The notes beneath the pieces are model-generated. The model ran no database searches. It was not told the origin of the DNA and saw nothing but the letters and a program-made list of their open reading frames with translations. 64,000 bases of DNA from Candidatus Dormiibacterota bacterium (GTDB taxonomy: Bacteria; Chloroflexota; Dormibacteria; Aeolococcales; Aeolococcaceae), in contig CAVPXI010000011.1 in assembly GCA_963709585.1 (NCBI GenBank), positions 36,455 to 100,454 on the forward strand. The letters run 5' to 3'. Positions 33,132 through 42,347 of this stretch are shown piece by piece. Both the position numbers and the translations under genes were made by a program. Position 1 is the first letter of the stretch; every line of letters begins with the position of its first letter.

Positions 33132-34355
33132 GTGAACGTCATCTTTGTCGAACCTGCATTCCCGGCAAACCAGCGCGAGTTCGTCCGCGGTCTCGCGGAG
33201 GCCGGCGCGGATGTGATCGGGATCGGCGAGCGGCCGGCCGACTGGCTCGACGGGAACCTGCGCAGTTGGATGATCCATTACCAGCAGATCCCGAACGTGA
33301 CCGACGTCGGCGCGCTCATCGAGGCGGTTCGATTCGCGCAGAGCCAGGTCTGGGTCGACGCGCTCGAATCGACGATCGAGTCGCACACGATGGCCGCCGC
33401 GCACGCCCGTGAGGCGTGCGGCATTCCGGGGACATCGGTGCGGACCGCGTACCTGTGCCGGGACAAGCCCGCGATGAAGGAGGCGTTGCGGGCCGTCGGG
33501 ATCAGCACAGCCCAATCGATGGGGGCGTCCAGCGCGGCGGAGGTTCGCGAGTTCGTCGCATCGGTCGGCTACCCGATCATCCTCAAGCCCCGCGCCGCCG
33601 CGGGGGCGTCGGGGACGAGCCGGGTCGACTCCGACGCCGAGCTCGACCGCGCGCTGGCCGAGCTGGGAGCCTCGGGTGCGACGGATATCGCGGTCGAGGA
33701 GTTCGTCGAGGGTCACGAAGGGTTCTACGACACCATCAGCATCGACGGTCATCCGGCCTACGACTTCATCTCGCACTACTACCCGAACGTCCTCGAGGCG
33801 ATGCGCGAGCGCTGGATCAGTCCCCAGTTCATCTCGACCAACCGGATCGACCAGGTGCAGGACTACGCCGAAGTGCGCGACCTCGGCCAGCGCGCCATCG
33901 AGGCGCTCGGTATCGAGACGTCCGCGACCCACATGGAGTGGTTCTTCGGGCCCAAGGGCCTGCGTTTCAGCGAGATCGGTTGCCGTCCGCCCGGCGTTCG
34001 CGCGTGGGATCTCTACGCGGCGGGCAATGACGTCGACATCTACCGGGAATGGGCGAACGCGATCGTGCACCACAGGGTCGAGCATCAGCTCTCACGACGC
34101 CGTGCTGCCGGGATCGTCGCGTTGCGCCCGGATCGGGACGGCACCATCAGCCACTACGACGGCATCGAGGATGTGCAGCGCCGTTTCGGGGAATGGATCC
34201 TCGACTCGCATCTCCCGGGAAGCGGCACGCCGACCCAGCCGGTCGAGGCCGGGTACATGGCCAACGCCTGGATCCGGATGGCCCATCCCGACTACGACAC
34301 CCTCCACTCGATGCTCAACGTCGTCGGGGAGACGGTCCGGGTGCGCGCCTCGTGA
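33132..34355 (+). CDS. ATP-grasp domain amide ligase (paralogue 3)
   Basis: CRDKPAMK, GYPIILKPRAAAGA, VEEFVEG, THMEWF and EIGCRPPG. Confidence 0.88.
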   Translation: MNVIFVEPAFPANQREFVRGLAEAGADVIGIGERPADWLDGNLRSWMIHYQQIPNVTDVGALIEAVRFAQSQVWVDALESTIESHTMAAAHAREACGIPGTSVRTAYLCRDKPAMKEALRAVGISTAQSMGASSAAEVREFVASVGYPIILKPRAAAGASGTSRVDSDAELDRALAELGASGATDIAVEEFVEGHEGFYDTISIDGHPAYDFISHYYPNVLEAMRERWISPQFISTNRIDQVQDYAEVRDLGQRAIEALGIETSATHMEWFFGPKGLRFSEIGCRPPGVRAWDLYAAGNDVDIYREWANAIVHHRVEHQLSRRRAAGIVALRPDRDGTISHYDGIEDVQRRFGEWILDSHLPGSGTPTQPVEAGYMANAWIRMAHPDYDTLHSMLNVVGETVRVRAS

Positions 34356-35266
34356 GGCAGGTGACCCTGCTCGGGCCCCTCAATGGGGTCGACCTGGCGG
34401 CGGAGATCGAGGCGTTCGGGGTCGAGGGACCGGTTGCCCTGGTCACCGCCGGGTGGGAGGAGGGCGAGCGCAACGACGCCGACATCGACAGGAGGTTGGG
34501 AGGCGGCTCGCGCAATCTCAATCTCTATGGTCGCCGCCTCGATGTGCTCGAGAGCGACCTGGCGTACGCCGATGCGCAACGACTGTTGCGCACCCAGCTC
34601 GACGAGCTTCGCGAGGTCTACCTGCTGCGCCTGCGCCCCGCGCTCGCCGGCGTCGATGTGGTCCGCAGGCGCTTCGCCGACTGTCCAGAGCTCGACGCGG
34701 CGATCGATGCGGTCAGGGAGCTCGATGAGGCACACGCCTCTGCGATCGCCGCGGCGCATGACCGCTTCTATGCGCAGAGCAAGCCGCACGAGCGTCCGAC
34801 GATCGCGAGACATCGCGAGGAGGTTGCGCGGATCGTGGCCGACTGCGGTGCGATCGCGATCGCCGGCGGACACGTCGGCGTGCTCAACGACTGCCTCCAC
34901 CTCTCCAATCTCGCGGTGTTGATCGAAGACCGGCCCATGATCGCCTGGTCGTCCGGCTGCATGGCGGTCTCGGAGCGCATCGTCGTGGTGGACGACGATG
35001 ATCCTGCGAGCCGGCCCGATGAGGTCTACGACATCGGCAGCGGGGTCGCGCATGGGATGGTGGCGCTGCCTGCCGCGGCGGCGCGTCTCCGCGCGCACGA
35101 CCCGGACCATCTGGCCGTGCTCGCCCGGCGTTGTGCCCCGAGCGTGTGCGTGCTGCTCGACTCCGGTGATCGTCTGGAGCTGCGCTCGGGATTGCCGGCC
35201 GACCTCGGCTCGGTCGGCGTCGTTGCCGCCGATGGCCGGGTGCTCCGGGGGGCGGCAGCCGCCTGA
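34352..35266 (+). CDS. Peptidase S51 / class-I glutamine amidotransferase-fold protein with helical insertion
   Basis: ALVTAGWEE.E, IAIAGGHV and nucleophile elbow AWSSGCM. GTG start overlaps the upstream TGA. Confidence 0.6.
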   Translation: MRQVTLLGPLNGVDLAAEIEAFGVEGPVALVTAGWEEGERNDADIDRRLGGGSRNLNLYGRRLDVLESDLAYADAQRLLRTQLDELREVYLLRLRPALAGVDVVRRRFADCPELDAAIDAVRELDEAHASAIAAAHDRFYAQSKPHERPTIARHREEVARIVADCGAIAIAGGHVGVLNDCLHLSNLAVLIEDRPMIAWSSGCMAVSERIVVVDDDDPASRPDEVYDIGSGVAHGMVALPAAAARLRAHDPDHLAVLARRCAPSVCVLLDSGDRLELRSGLPADLGSVGVVAADGRVLRGAAAA

Positions 35267-35268
35267 CT

Positions 35269-36429
35269 GTGACCTCCGGGCCAACCCGCAGTCAGCGGGC
35301 ACTCACCCGCCTGCGCAGCGAGGGCAGTTCCCCCGAGGCGATCGATCAGTTGCTGCGCGAGCAGCGGATTCCGCTGGTCGAGGGGCCGACCTGCACCTTC
35401 CTGTGGCGCGGCGAGGCCGATTGGGTCGGCGTCGAGCACCGCATGCTCGGAGTGGCGATTCCGCTGCCACTTCGCCGTCTCAAGGGCACCGATCTCTGGT
35501 ACGCCAGCGTCGAGCTGCCGCGAGGCGCGCGCATCCAGTACCGCATCCTCGTGCGTCGCGGCGACCACGTGGAGAGCATGAACGACCCGCTGAACCCGCG
35601 GATCGTCGGCGACGCGATCGGCTCGCAGTCGGTGCTCGAGGCGGACGGGTACGCCACCCCGGACTGGACCCACCCTGATCCCGCTGCGGTGGCGGGCGAG
35701 CTCGTCGATCTGCAACTCCCCAGCAGGGCACTCCGGCGCGAGGCGCACGTCACCCTGTACATCCCGTCGCGGATGCGCCGCGACCGCCGCATGCCGCTGC
35801 TGGTGGTGCATGACGGTGGCGATTTCCTGCAGTACTCGTCGATGGCGACCGTTCTCGACAACCTGATGCACCGGCGCCTGATGGCCGACTGCGTTGTCGC
35901 CTTCACGCATCCGGGCGACCGCTTGCGCGAGTACGCGGCGAGCGCGGCCCACAGCCGGTTCCTGACCACCGAGCTGGTGCCGCAGATCGAGGGCAGGCTC
36001 CAGCTCCGCGGCGACCCTCGCGGAAGGGTGCTGATGGGCGCGAGCTTCGGTGGGGTCGCCGCGCTCTCCGCCGCGGTTCGCGCGCCGGCGTTCTACGGGG
36101 CCTTGCTTCTCGAGTCCCCGTCGCTGCGCTTCACCGAGGCCATTGCTCCCGGTACGTTCGGGGAGATGTTTGAACCGGTGGTGCGCTTTGTGAATTCGGT
36201 GCGCGCCCAGCCCAAAAAGATCACTGACCGCATCTTCCTGACGTTCGGTGCCTTCGAGCCCCTCGCCGTCCCGGATCGGGCGATGGTCGAGGTGCTCGAG
36301 CGGATGAGCGATGAGCTGCGCGTTGTCGAAGCCCAGGACGGTCACAACTGGATCAACTGGCGCGACCGGCTTCTGGACGGTCTCGGCTGGCTCTTTCCTG
36401 GGGAAGCGCGCCTCATCTATCCCGGGTGA
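35269..36429 (+). CDS. Fes-like esterase with N-terminal E-set/Ig-like domain
   Basis: TFLWRG...TDLWY...Y...DPLNP N-domain, then LYIP, HDGGDF, GASFGG and DGHNWINW. Confidence 0.85.
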   Translation: MTSGPTRSQRALTRLRSEGSSPEAIDQLLREQRIPLVEGPTCTFLWRGEADWVGVEHRMLGVAIPLPLRRLKGTDLWYASVELPRGARIQYRILVRRGDHVESMNDPLNPRIVGDAIGSQSVLEADGYATPDWTHPDPAAVAGELVDLQLPSRALRREAHVTLYIPSRMRRDRRMPLLVVHDGGDFLQYSSMATVLDNLMHRRLMADCVVAFTHPGDRLREYAASAAHSRFLTTELVPQIEGRLQLRGDPRGRVLMGASFGGVAALSAAVRAPAFYGALLLESPSLRFTEAIAPGTFGEMFEPVVRFVNSVRAQPKKITDRIFLTFGAFEPLAVPDRAMVEVLERMSDELRVVEAQDGHNWINWRDRLLDGLGWLFPGEARLIYPG

Positions 36430-36466
36430 TGCGCTGGTCCACATCGATGCGCGAGACTTTCCCGCC

Positions 36467-37192
36467 ATGAAGAGGCGAGAGCGGTGGTATTCGAGCCGAG
36501 TCGACAGCGACGTCACGGTTGCGCGCTGGGGGCACTTCGGCCGGCCGGTCATCGTGTTCCCGACCGCCGGGGGTGACGCCGAGGAGATCGAGCGGATGTG
36601 GCTCGTCGATGCGGTGGGGGAGTACCTCGAGGCGGGGCGGGCGAAGATCTACTCATGTGACAGCGTGTCCGGCAAGGCGATGCTCCGCGAGGAGGGCGAC
36701 CCGCGGTATCGCGCCGCGATGACTCGTGGCTTCATCGAGTTCGTCCGTCACGAGATGATCCCGATGATCCGCATGGATTGCGAGAGCCCGGACATCACCG
36801 TGATCACCGCAGGGGCCTCGATCGGCGCGTTCAATGCGGTGTCGCTGCTCTGCCACTATCCCGACGTCATCACCACGGCGGTGGGGATGAGCGGTACCTA
36901 CGACATCTCCCGCTTCGTCGGCGAGAATGCCGGCGACGACCTGTACTTCGCGACCCCCTCGTACTTCCTCCCGGGCCTCAACGGCGAGCATCTCGTCCAG
37001 CTGCGGACGCGCAAGGCGATCCTCGCGTCGGGCGAAGGCCGCTGGGAGAACATCGGTAAGTCGTGGCAGCTCGCCGACGTGCTCGGTGGCAAGGGAATCC
37101 CGAATCGCGTCGATTCGTGGGGCACTGACTTCGACCACGACTGGTCGACCTGGCGTCAGATGCTGCCGAAGTACCTCGAGGAGCTCGTCTGA
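36467..37192 (+). CDS. Esterase family alpha/beta hydrolase
   Basis: WGHFGRPVIVFPTAGG, GASIGA, GMSGTYD and DHDWSTW. Confidence 0.85.
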   Translation: MKRRERWYSSRVDSDVTVARWGHFGRPVIVFPTAGGDAEEIERMWLVDAVGEYLEAGRAKIYSCDSVSGKAMLREEGDPRYRAAMTRGFIEFVRHEMIPMIRMDCESPDITVITAGASIGAFNAVSLLCHYPDVITTAVGMSGTYDISRFVGENAGDDLYFATPSYFLPGLNGEHLVQLRTRKAILASGEGRWENIGKSWQLADVLGGKGIPNRVDSWGTDFDHDWSTWRQMLPKYLEELV

Positions 37193-37219
37193 GCCTCCCT
37201 CGATCCTGCTTCTAGGGAT

Positions 37220-37870
37220 TCAGGCCGGCGACGGGCTGGCTTCGCTGCTGGGTTCGCCGTCCACCGTACCTTCGATCACGTCGAACTCTTCCTCGTCGTC
37301 GTCCTCGCCGCTGTTGCTTCGCGCCAACAGGAGCAGCGTTGTGATCAGGAGGAACGCGGCCATCGAGAGAAACGGGACGGTGATGAAGCCGAAGATGTTG
37401 ATGACCGCGATGTTGCACGGCACGTCACTGGCTGCCGTGCCGCATACGCTGACCTCATTGGGGACATGCTCCAGCTGGTAGTGGTAGATGGCGAGGCCCG
37501 CACCCACCAGCGACAGGCCGATGAAGTATCGCTTCGCCACCTGGATATCGCCACGAAAGGCCGCGATGCCGAGCAGCAGCGAGAGCGGATACATGCAGAT
37601 GCGCTGAAACCAACAGAATAGGCAGGGGTCCAGGTTCTCGAAGAACTGCAGGAACAGGCTGCCGAAGGTGGCGAGCACCGCCACGATCCATGCGATCTGC
37701 AGCGCGAAGGGGGTGACGCCGTCGCGCAACCGCGCCCAGCCCTCGCGAGCCGACGGCGACCTCCGCGAGACGATGAAGCCGACCACGACCAGCACCACGA
37801 GCGCGTCTGCAACCAGGGCGAGCAGCGCGTACCCGGTGTTGATGACACCAGAGGACGTTACAACTGCCAT
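37220..37870 (-). CDS. dsbB: Disulfide bond formation protein B (DsbB/BdbC)
   Basis: PCLFCWFQRICMYP, AIYHY and a second Cys pair (VC...VPC) before FGFITVPFLS. Confidence 0.88.
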   Translation of the reverse strand: MAVVTSSGVINTGYALLALVADALVVLVVVGFIVSRRSPSAREGWARLRDGVTPFALQIAWIVAVLATFGSLFLQFFENLDPCLFCWFQRICMYPLSLLLGIAAFRGDIQVAKRYFIGLSLVGAGLAIYHYQLEHVPNEVSVCGTAASDVPCNIAVINIFGFITVPFLSMAAFLLITTLLLLARSNSGEDDDEEEFDVIEGTVDGEPSSEASPSPA

Positions 37871-37889
37871 TGGTCGCGGTCGCTCAGCC

Positions 37890-38840
37890 TCACTTGGCCT
37901 TGATCGTCTTCAGTCCCTGTTCGATGCTCTGGATGGTGGAGGAGGAGCATACCGACGACGGCTGATCGCCGGTCGCGATGCAGGTCGCCGCGGTGAGGAT
38001 GTTCGCGTTGCCGACGATGTCCTTGGTTACCTGGTCGTTCGGATTGCTGAGCTTGGCGGCGATCTGATTCCATGTGAGGTTGGCCAGGTCGCCAGGCGTG
38101 TAGCTCGTGCTGTACAGGCTGAACACTCCACCGATGTCGATGAACGGGAACTGCCCGGACTGTAGCGTGTAGGGGGGCTGATCGTACGTGGTGAAGATGT
38201 GCGAGATCTGCGCGGTCATCGTCTGCAGCGGCTGCTGGTTGCGATCCTCGAGCTCGTTCGAGCTGAAGGTGATGTACGGGCTCGAGTACGACGACTTGTA
38301 GAAGGTGAAGGTGTCGGTGTTTGCGAAGACGTCGGTCGACGAGGACTGGATCTCCGAGAGATTCTTGAAGGTGCCAAAGCGTGACAGCCACATCACCATC
38401 GACCAGCGCTCGGCGGCGCAGTAGGGGCAGTACTCGGCTCCGACGAACACCACCATCGGCTTGCCCGCCGAATCGACCAACTTCGCGGAGGCGGGGAGGC
38501 GAATCATCTCTCCGGGCTGCAGACCGGAGCCGACGGTGCTGACCACCGACGGGCTGGGGTTCTCGACCGCGGTGAGGATTGCCTTCGGCACCTGAGTCGC
38601 CACGGTCGCGTTGCCGCCTCCGGCCTGATTGATGAGCACGATCACGATGAGCAGGATCGCGACCACGGCCACGCTGGAGAACGTCACCACGGTCGGAGAC
38701 TGCCAGGGTGGACGGCGCTCCAGGGAAACCGACCTCGCCGCCACCTGATTGCGGCGCTGCTTTTTCGTGGCCGGTTTGGCTGGGTACTTGCCGGTCGGTA
38801 CCGGCCGTTTGCGCGGCTTGCCGGGAGTTGATTGATCCAC
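37890..38840 (-). CDS. DUF929 family membrane-anchored thioredoxin-fold protein
   Basis: N-terminal [34 protein letters not shown] and C-terminal C-x10-C. Confidence 0.85.
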   Translation of the reverse strand: MDQSTPGKPRKRPVPTGKYPAKPATKKQRRNQVAARSVSLERRPPWQSPTVVTFSSVAVVAILLIVIVLINQAGGGNATVATQVPKAILTAVENPSPSVVSTVGSGLQPGEMIRLPASAKLVDSAGKPMVVFVGAEYCPYCAAERWSMVMWLSRFGTFKNLSEIQSSSTDVFANTDTFTFYKSSYSSPYITFSSNELEDRNQQPLQTMTAQISHIFTTYDQPPYTLQSGQFPFIDIGGVFSLYSTSYTPGDLANLTWNQIAAKLSNPNDQVTKDIVGNANILTAATCIATGDQPSSVCSSSTIQSIEQGLKTIKAK

Positions 38841-38988
38841 GGCACCAGAGTACCGGACCAACCTTTCGAGGGGGTGTCCAAACCGTGGAGGACCCACCCG
38901 TCGCGCATGAAGATACGGTGACGAACTCAGCGATCGCGAGATCGGTGTCTATCCTCAGCGCAATGGTGGGTCTCCCTTCGGAGGTGGC

Positions 38989-40728
38989 GTGAGGTCTCGG
39001 ATCACCGCCGCCGCGACAGCGTTGGTGATTGTGGCGGCCGTGCCGGGCGCGCTCCTGCAGGCTGCGGACGGCCGGGCGGCGACCACGCACGAGGGGATCG
39101 ACGTCAGCGCGTATCAGGGCTCGTCGATCGCCTGGCATTCGGTGGCGGCTTCGGGGATCTCGTTCGCGTACATCCGCGCCGCTGACGGTGCTGGGTCCCC
39201 CGACGGGCAGTTCGGGACCAACTGGCGGGGCGCGGCCGCAGCGGGGGTGACCCCGGGCGCGTACCTGTTCTTCGAACCGAATCAGAGCCCGGTCGCCCAG
39301 GCCGATCTGCTGATCTCTCAACTGCGCTCGGTGGGGTTCACCCACGGCGACCTTGTTCCGACGATCGACGTCGAGACCACCGACGGTGAGCCGCAGGCGG
39401 TGGTCGTCGCCGGCCTCCGCACCGTCGTGAACACGGTCAGCGCCGCCATCGGCTCGCTCCCCGCGATCTACTGCTCACCGTCGTGGTGGAGCGGGAACAT
39501 CAACTCGACTGCGTTCACGCTCGATCCGCTCTGGGTCGCGAACTGGTTCGTGAGCCAGCCGTCGGTGCCCGAGAACAACTGGGGCGGCACCGGCTGGCAG
39601 GTCTGGCAGTTCAGCGACGCGGGGCTGGTGCCGGGGATCCCGGGTCGCGTCGACCTCGACCGGGGCGGCTCGCGCTCGCTGCCGTACTACGGGTTCCCGG
39701 ATCCGCACCCGCTGCCGCAGGCTGCGAATGTTGCCGGCACCCCGCAGACCGTCTCCGACCAGTCCGGCGACATCAACGTGCTCTGGCGTGGGACGAGCAG
39801 TCATCTCTGGAGCCTCGGTTTCCGCAATGGGACGTGGGCGACCTCCTCCGTCGACATCAGCGCCACAGCCGGCCTCGCTGCGACGCTCATCTCGGACCCA
39901 TCCGTCGTCTCTCCAGGCCCTGGCCGGATTGACGCGTTCTGGGAAGGGGAGGACCACAATCTCTGGTACGCGGGTTTCACCGGGGGATGGTTCGGGAGTG
40001 GGACCTGGTCGACGCCGGCGTCGCTTGGAATCGGCCCGCTCGGCTCGCAGCCTCGGGCGGTATCGCCCGCAGCCGGGTTGATCGACGTGTTCTGGAAGGC
40101 CTCCGACAACGCCCTGTGGGTCGACCGCTACAACGGCGGTTGGAGCGGAGCGACGCCGCTCAACACGGGCGCCGTCGGAGGTAACCCTGTGGTCGCCAGT
40201 GCACGACAGGGCTCGGACACGGTCTTCTGGCGCAATGCCGGGGGGGCGCTCTGCGCCGACACCAGCGCTGCATGGAGTTGGTCGGGCGCGCAATGCCTCG
40301 CATCCGCCGTGCTGACAGCGGATGCATCGGTGAGCACCGCCGGCGCGAGCATCGACGCCTTCTGGAACCGCGCCGGTGAGCTCTGGCACGCCGCGCTCAC
40401 CAGCGGCACCTGGAGCGGCGCCGCTGCGCTCGGCACCGAGGCCGTCGCCGGCAATCCGTCGGTGGTCGACCTTGCAGTGGGCTTGGTGATCGTCAACGCC
40501 CGCGAGCCGTCCGGCCTCATGGCGTCGTCGCTCTACACCTCCGCGAGCGGCCTGGTGGGTCCCGAGGGGCTCGGAGCGACGGCGTACTCGGATCCATCCT
40601 CGGTGGTGTTCGCCGGTGGCGGCGCCATCGACGTCGTCTGGCGATCGAGCTCGAACACGCTCTGGGTCGCGCCCGCATGCCCCGGCTGCGCCGCGCCGGC
40701 TATCCCGGTCTTCAGCCCGACGGGATAG
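38989..40728 (+). CDS. Secreted GH25 muramidase with C-terminal PLL-like beta-propeller (lectin-type) repeats
   Basis: Signal peptide, GIDVSAYQG, IDVE (DxE), WQFS and VDLD. Repeats INVLWRG, IDAFWEG, IDVFWK, IDVVWR each followed by LW. Confidence 0.85.
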   Translation: MRSRITAAATALVIVAAVPGALLQAADGRAATTHEGIDVSAYQGSSIAWHSVAASGISFAYIRAADGAGSPDGQFGTNWRGAAAAGVTPGAYLFFEPNQSPVAQADLLISQLRSVGFTHGDLVPTIDVETTDGEPQAVVVAGLRTVVNTVSAAIGSLPAIYCSPSWWSGNINSTAFTLDPLWVANWFVSQPSVPENNWGGTGWQVWQFSDAGLVPGIPGRVDLDRGGSRSLPYYGFPDPHPLPQAANVAGTPQTVSDQSGDINVLWRGTSSHLWSLGFRNGTWATSSVDISATAGLAATLISDPSVVSPGPGRIDAFWEGEDHNLWYAGFTGGWFGSGTWSTPASLGIGPLGSQPRAVSPAAGLIDVFWKASDNALWVDRYNGGWSGATPLNTGAVGGNPVVASARQGSDTVFWRNAGGALCADTSAAWSWSGAQCLASAVLTADASVSTAGASIDAFWNRAGELWHAALTSGTWSGAAALGTEAVAGNPSVVDLAVGLVIVNAREPSGLMASSLYTSASGLVGPEGLGATAYSDPSSVVFAGGGAIDVVWRSSSNTLWVAPACPGCAAPAIPVFSPTG

Positions 40729-40768
40729 GCTCGAGCCGATCCGGCCGTCTTGACGTGAGAGATCTCAC

Positions 40769-41722
40769 CTACGGCTGCGGGAGCTCCACGTTCATCCCGT
40801 AGACGGTGATCTCCCAGGTCGTTCCCGGGTCAGCCTTGATCATCAGGGAGATCGGCACCCCGGGCTTGGCCTCTCCGCCGTCCCCGCTGCCGAGTGAAGG
40901 TACCTCACACGACTCTGTCGTGTATGTCGAGCCATCGGATCCGATGATCTCGAGCGATCCAGGACCGGAGCAGCTGACGACGCTGCGGTAGTACAGGGTA
41001 TTCGGGGTAAAGGCCGGCAGCGTGGCGGAACCCTCGCCGTGTGTGTCGGGAATGAGTGTGGTCTCGCCAGGGTCGTACCCAGGGTGCGGCGACGGCGGTG
41101 CGCCTTCGAAAGGCGGCGGTGCGCCCCCGCTGTACTGCATCACGCGGAGTTCCCACGCAGTCGGTGCTGTCGTCTCCACGCGCAGGGAAACGGGTTTCCC
41201 TGTGATCTGATCCTGGGGCACCAGGAGGCCGTTGATGCCAGGCGAGACGCAGCTCTCGGATGTGAAGTGCACCGAGCCGTCGGACGAGAGGATGTCGATC
41301 GATCCGGTTCCGAGGCATGCATATTGAATCGAGTACGGCTTGGTCGGGGTGAAGGTCGGCAGCGATGCCGACACTTCGCCGTAGGTGTCATTGACCAAGA
41401 GAGGCAGGACGGACGCCGGCACGAAGGGACTCAAGCGCGGAAAGCCTTGCGGGATCTGTTGGTTACTGCTCGCGGTTGTCGCTGGGGCCGTGGCCGCCGG
41501 GGTCGTACCGTGGAGATGGGCGCTGAGCTGCAGCGCAAAGGTTGCGATGCCAGCCGCAACAATCGCAATGGCCGCTGCGCCGATGATCAGGTTGAGCACC
41601 TGGCGGCGGGGGCGAGCGACGATAGGGTCGAAGTTCGCGAGCGTGGCCGGTGGGTTCTCTGCCTTGATGCGGTCGTACTTGGCGCGCAGTCTGGTGCGCA
41701 GTCCTGGATCCATGTCAATCAC
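40769..41722 (-). CDS. Putative anti-sigma factor: single-pass membrane protein with duplicated extracytoplasmic domain
   Basis: Overlaps the ECF sigma stop. Short cytoplasmic N-terminus, a TM, then two copies of (G.ATLP.FTP...C.G.GS..I..SDGS...ESC...WE). Confidence 0.65.
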   Translation of the reverse strand: MIDMDPGLRTRLRAKYDRIKAENPPATLANFDPIVARPRRQVLNLIIGAAAIAIVAAGIATFALQLSAHLHGTTPAATAPATTASSNQQIPQGFPRLSPFVPASVLPLLVNDTYGEVSASLPTFTPTKPYSIQYACLGTGSIDILSSDGSVHFTSESCVSPGINGLLVPQDQITGKPVSLRVETTAPTAWELRVMQYSGGAPPPFEGAPPSPHPGYDPGETTLIPDTHGEGSATLPAFTPNTLYYRSVVSCSGPGSLEIIGSDGSTYTTESCEVPSLGSGDGGEAKPGVPISLMIKADPGTTWEITVYGMNVELPQP

Positions 41723-42236
41723 CCTTGAGCTCCTTTCGCAGGTTGGCGAGACCGCGCTTGATGTGAGTCCGCACGGTGCCGGGGCGGCACCCCATGAAGA
41801 CGGCGCACTCGTCGACGGAGTAGCCGTAGTCGTAGGTGAGCGTGATCGCGGCGCGCTGTTTGCGAGAGAGACGCCGGTACGCACGGTCCATGTCGATGCT
41901 CTCGGCATCGGTGCCCCAACCAGGCGAGGCCGCAGCACCCTCGGCGAGCCCGAGCGGGGGCCAGCCCCGCGAGCGCAGCAGGCGCCGTCGGTTGATGCAG
42001 TGGTTGACGCAAACCCGCGTCAGCCATGCGTCAGGCCGGTCGATCTGCGACACGGAGTCCCAGGAGCGCCAGGCCTTGAGAAGAGTCTCCTGAACCGCGT
42101 CCTCGGCCTCGCCACTGTCATCGAGGATGGACAGCGCCAGCCAGTAGAGCCGTCTGGCGTCGGCGCCGACGACCGATTCGAATCGCCGCTTCGGCACGCC
42201 CTCGTTGGTGGCCGTTAGGTTCGCGGTTGCAATCAC
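41715..42236 (-). CDS. ECF RNA polymerase sigma factor
   Basis: AEDAVQETLLKAW, AWL.RV.VN, LSRKQRAAI and GTVRTH.KRG..LR. Start approximate. Confidence 0.9.
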   Translation of the reverse strand: MIATANLTATNEGVPKRRFESVVGADARRLYWLALSILDDSGEAEDAVQETLLKAWRSWDSVSQIDRPDAWLTRVCVNHCINRRRLLRSRGWPPLGLAEGAAASPGWGTDAESIDMDRAYRRLSRKQRAAITLTYDYGYSVDECAVFMGCRPGTVRTHIKRGLANLRKELKGD

Positions 42237-42347
42237 GACATTCCTAACACCGTGGGACGCCTTTTTACGGACACCCGCACCGGGACGGCGGCTGACGTAT
42301 CTGCCGCCTGGCAACAGCTCGCCGGGCGCTATAGGGGAGAGCTGGTT

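Noticed and set aside
28164-37192. RiPP (graspetide) cluster or glutathione synthesis
   Set aside because: No precursor peptide with repeated cores and no transporter were found, and the ATP-grasp proteins do not look like GshB.
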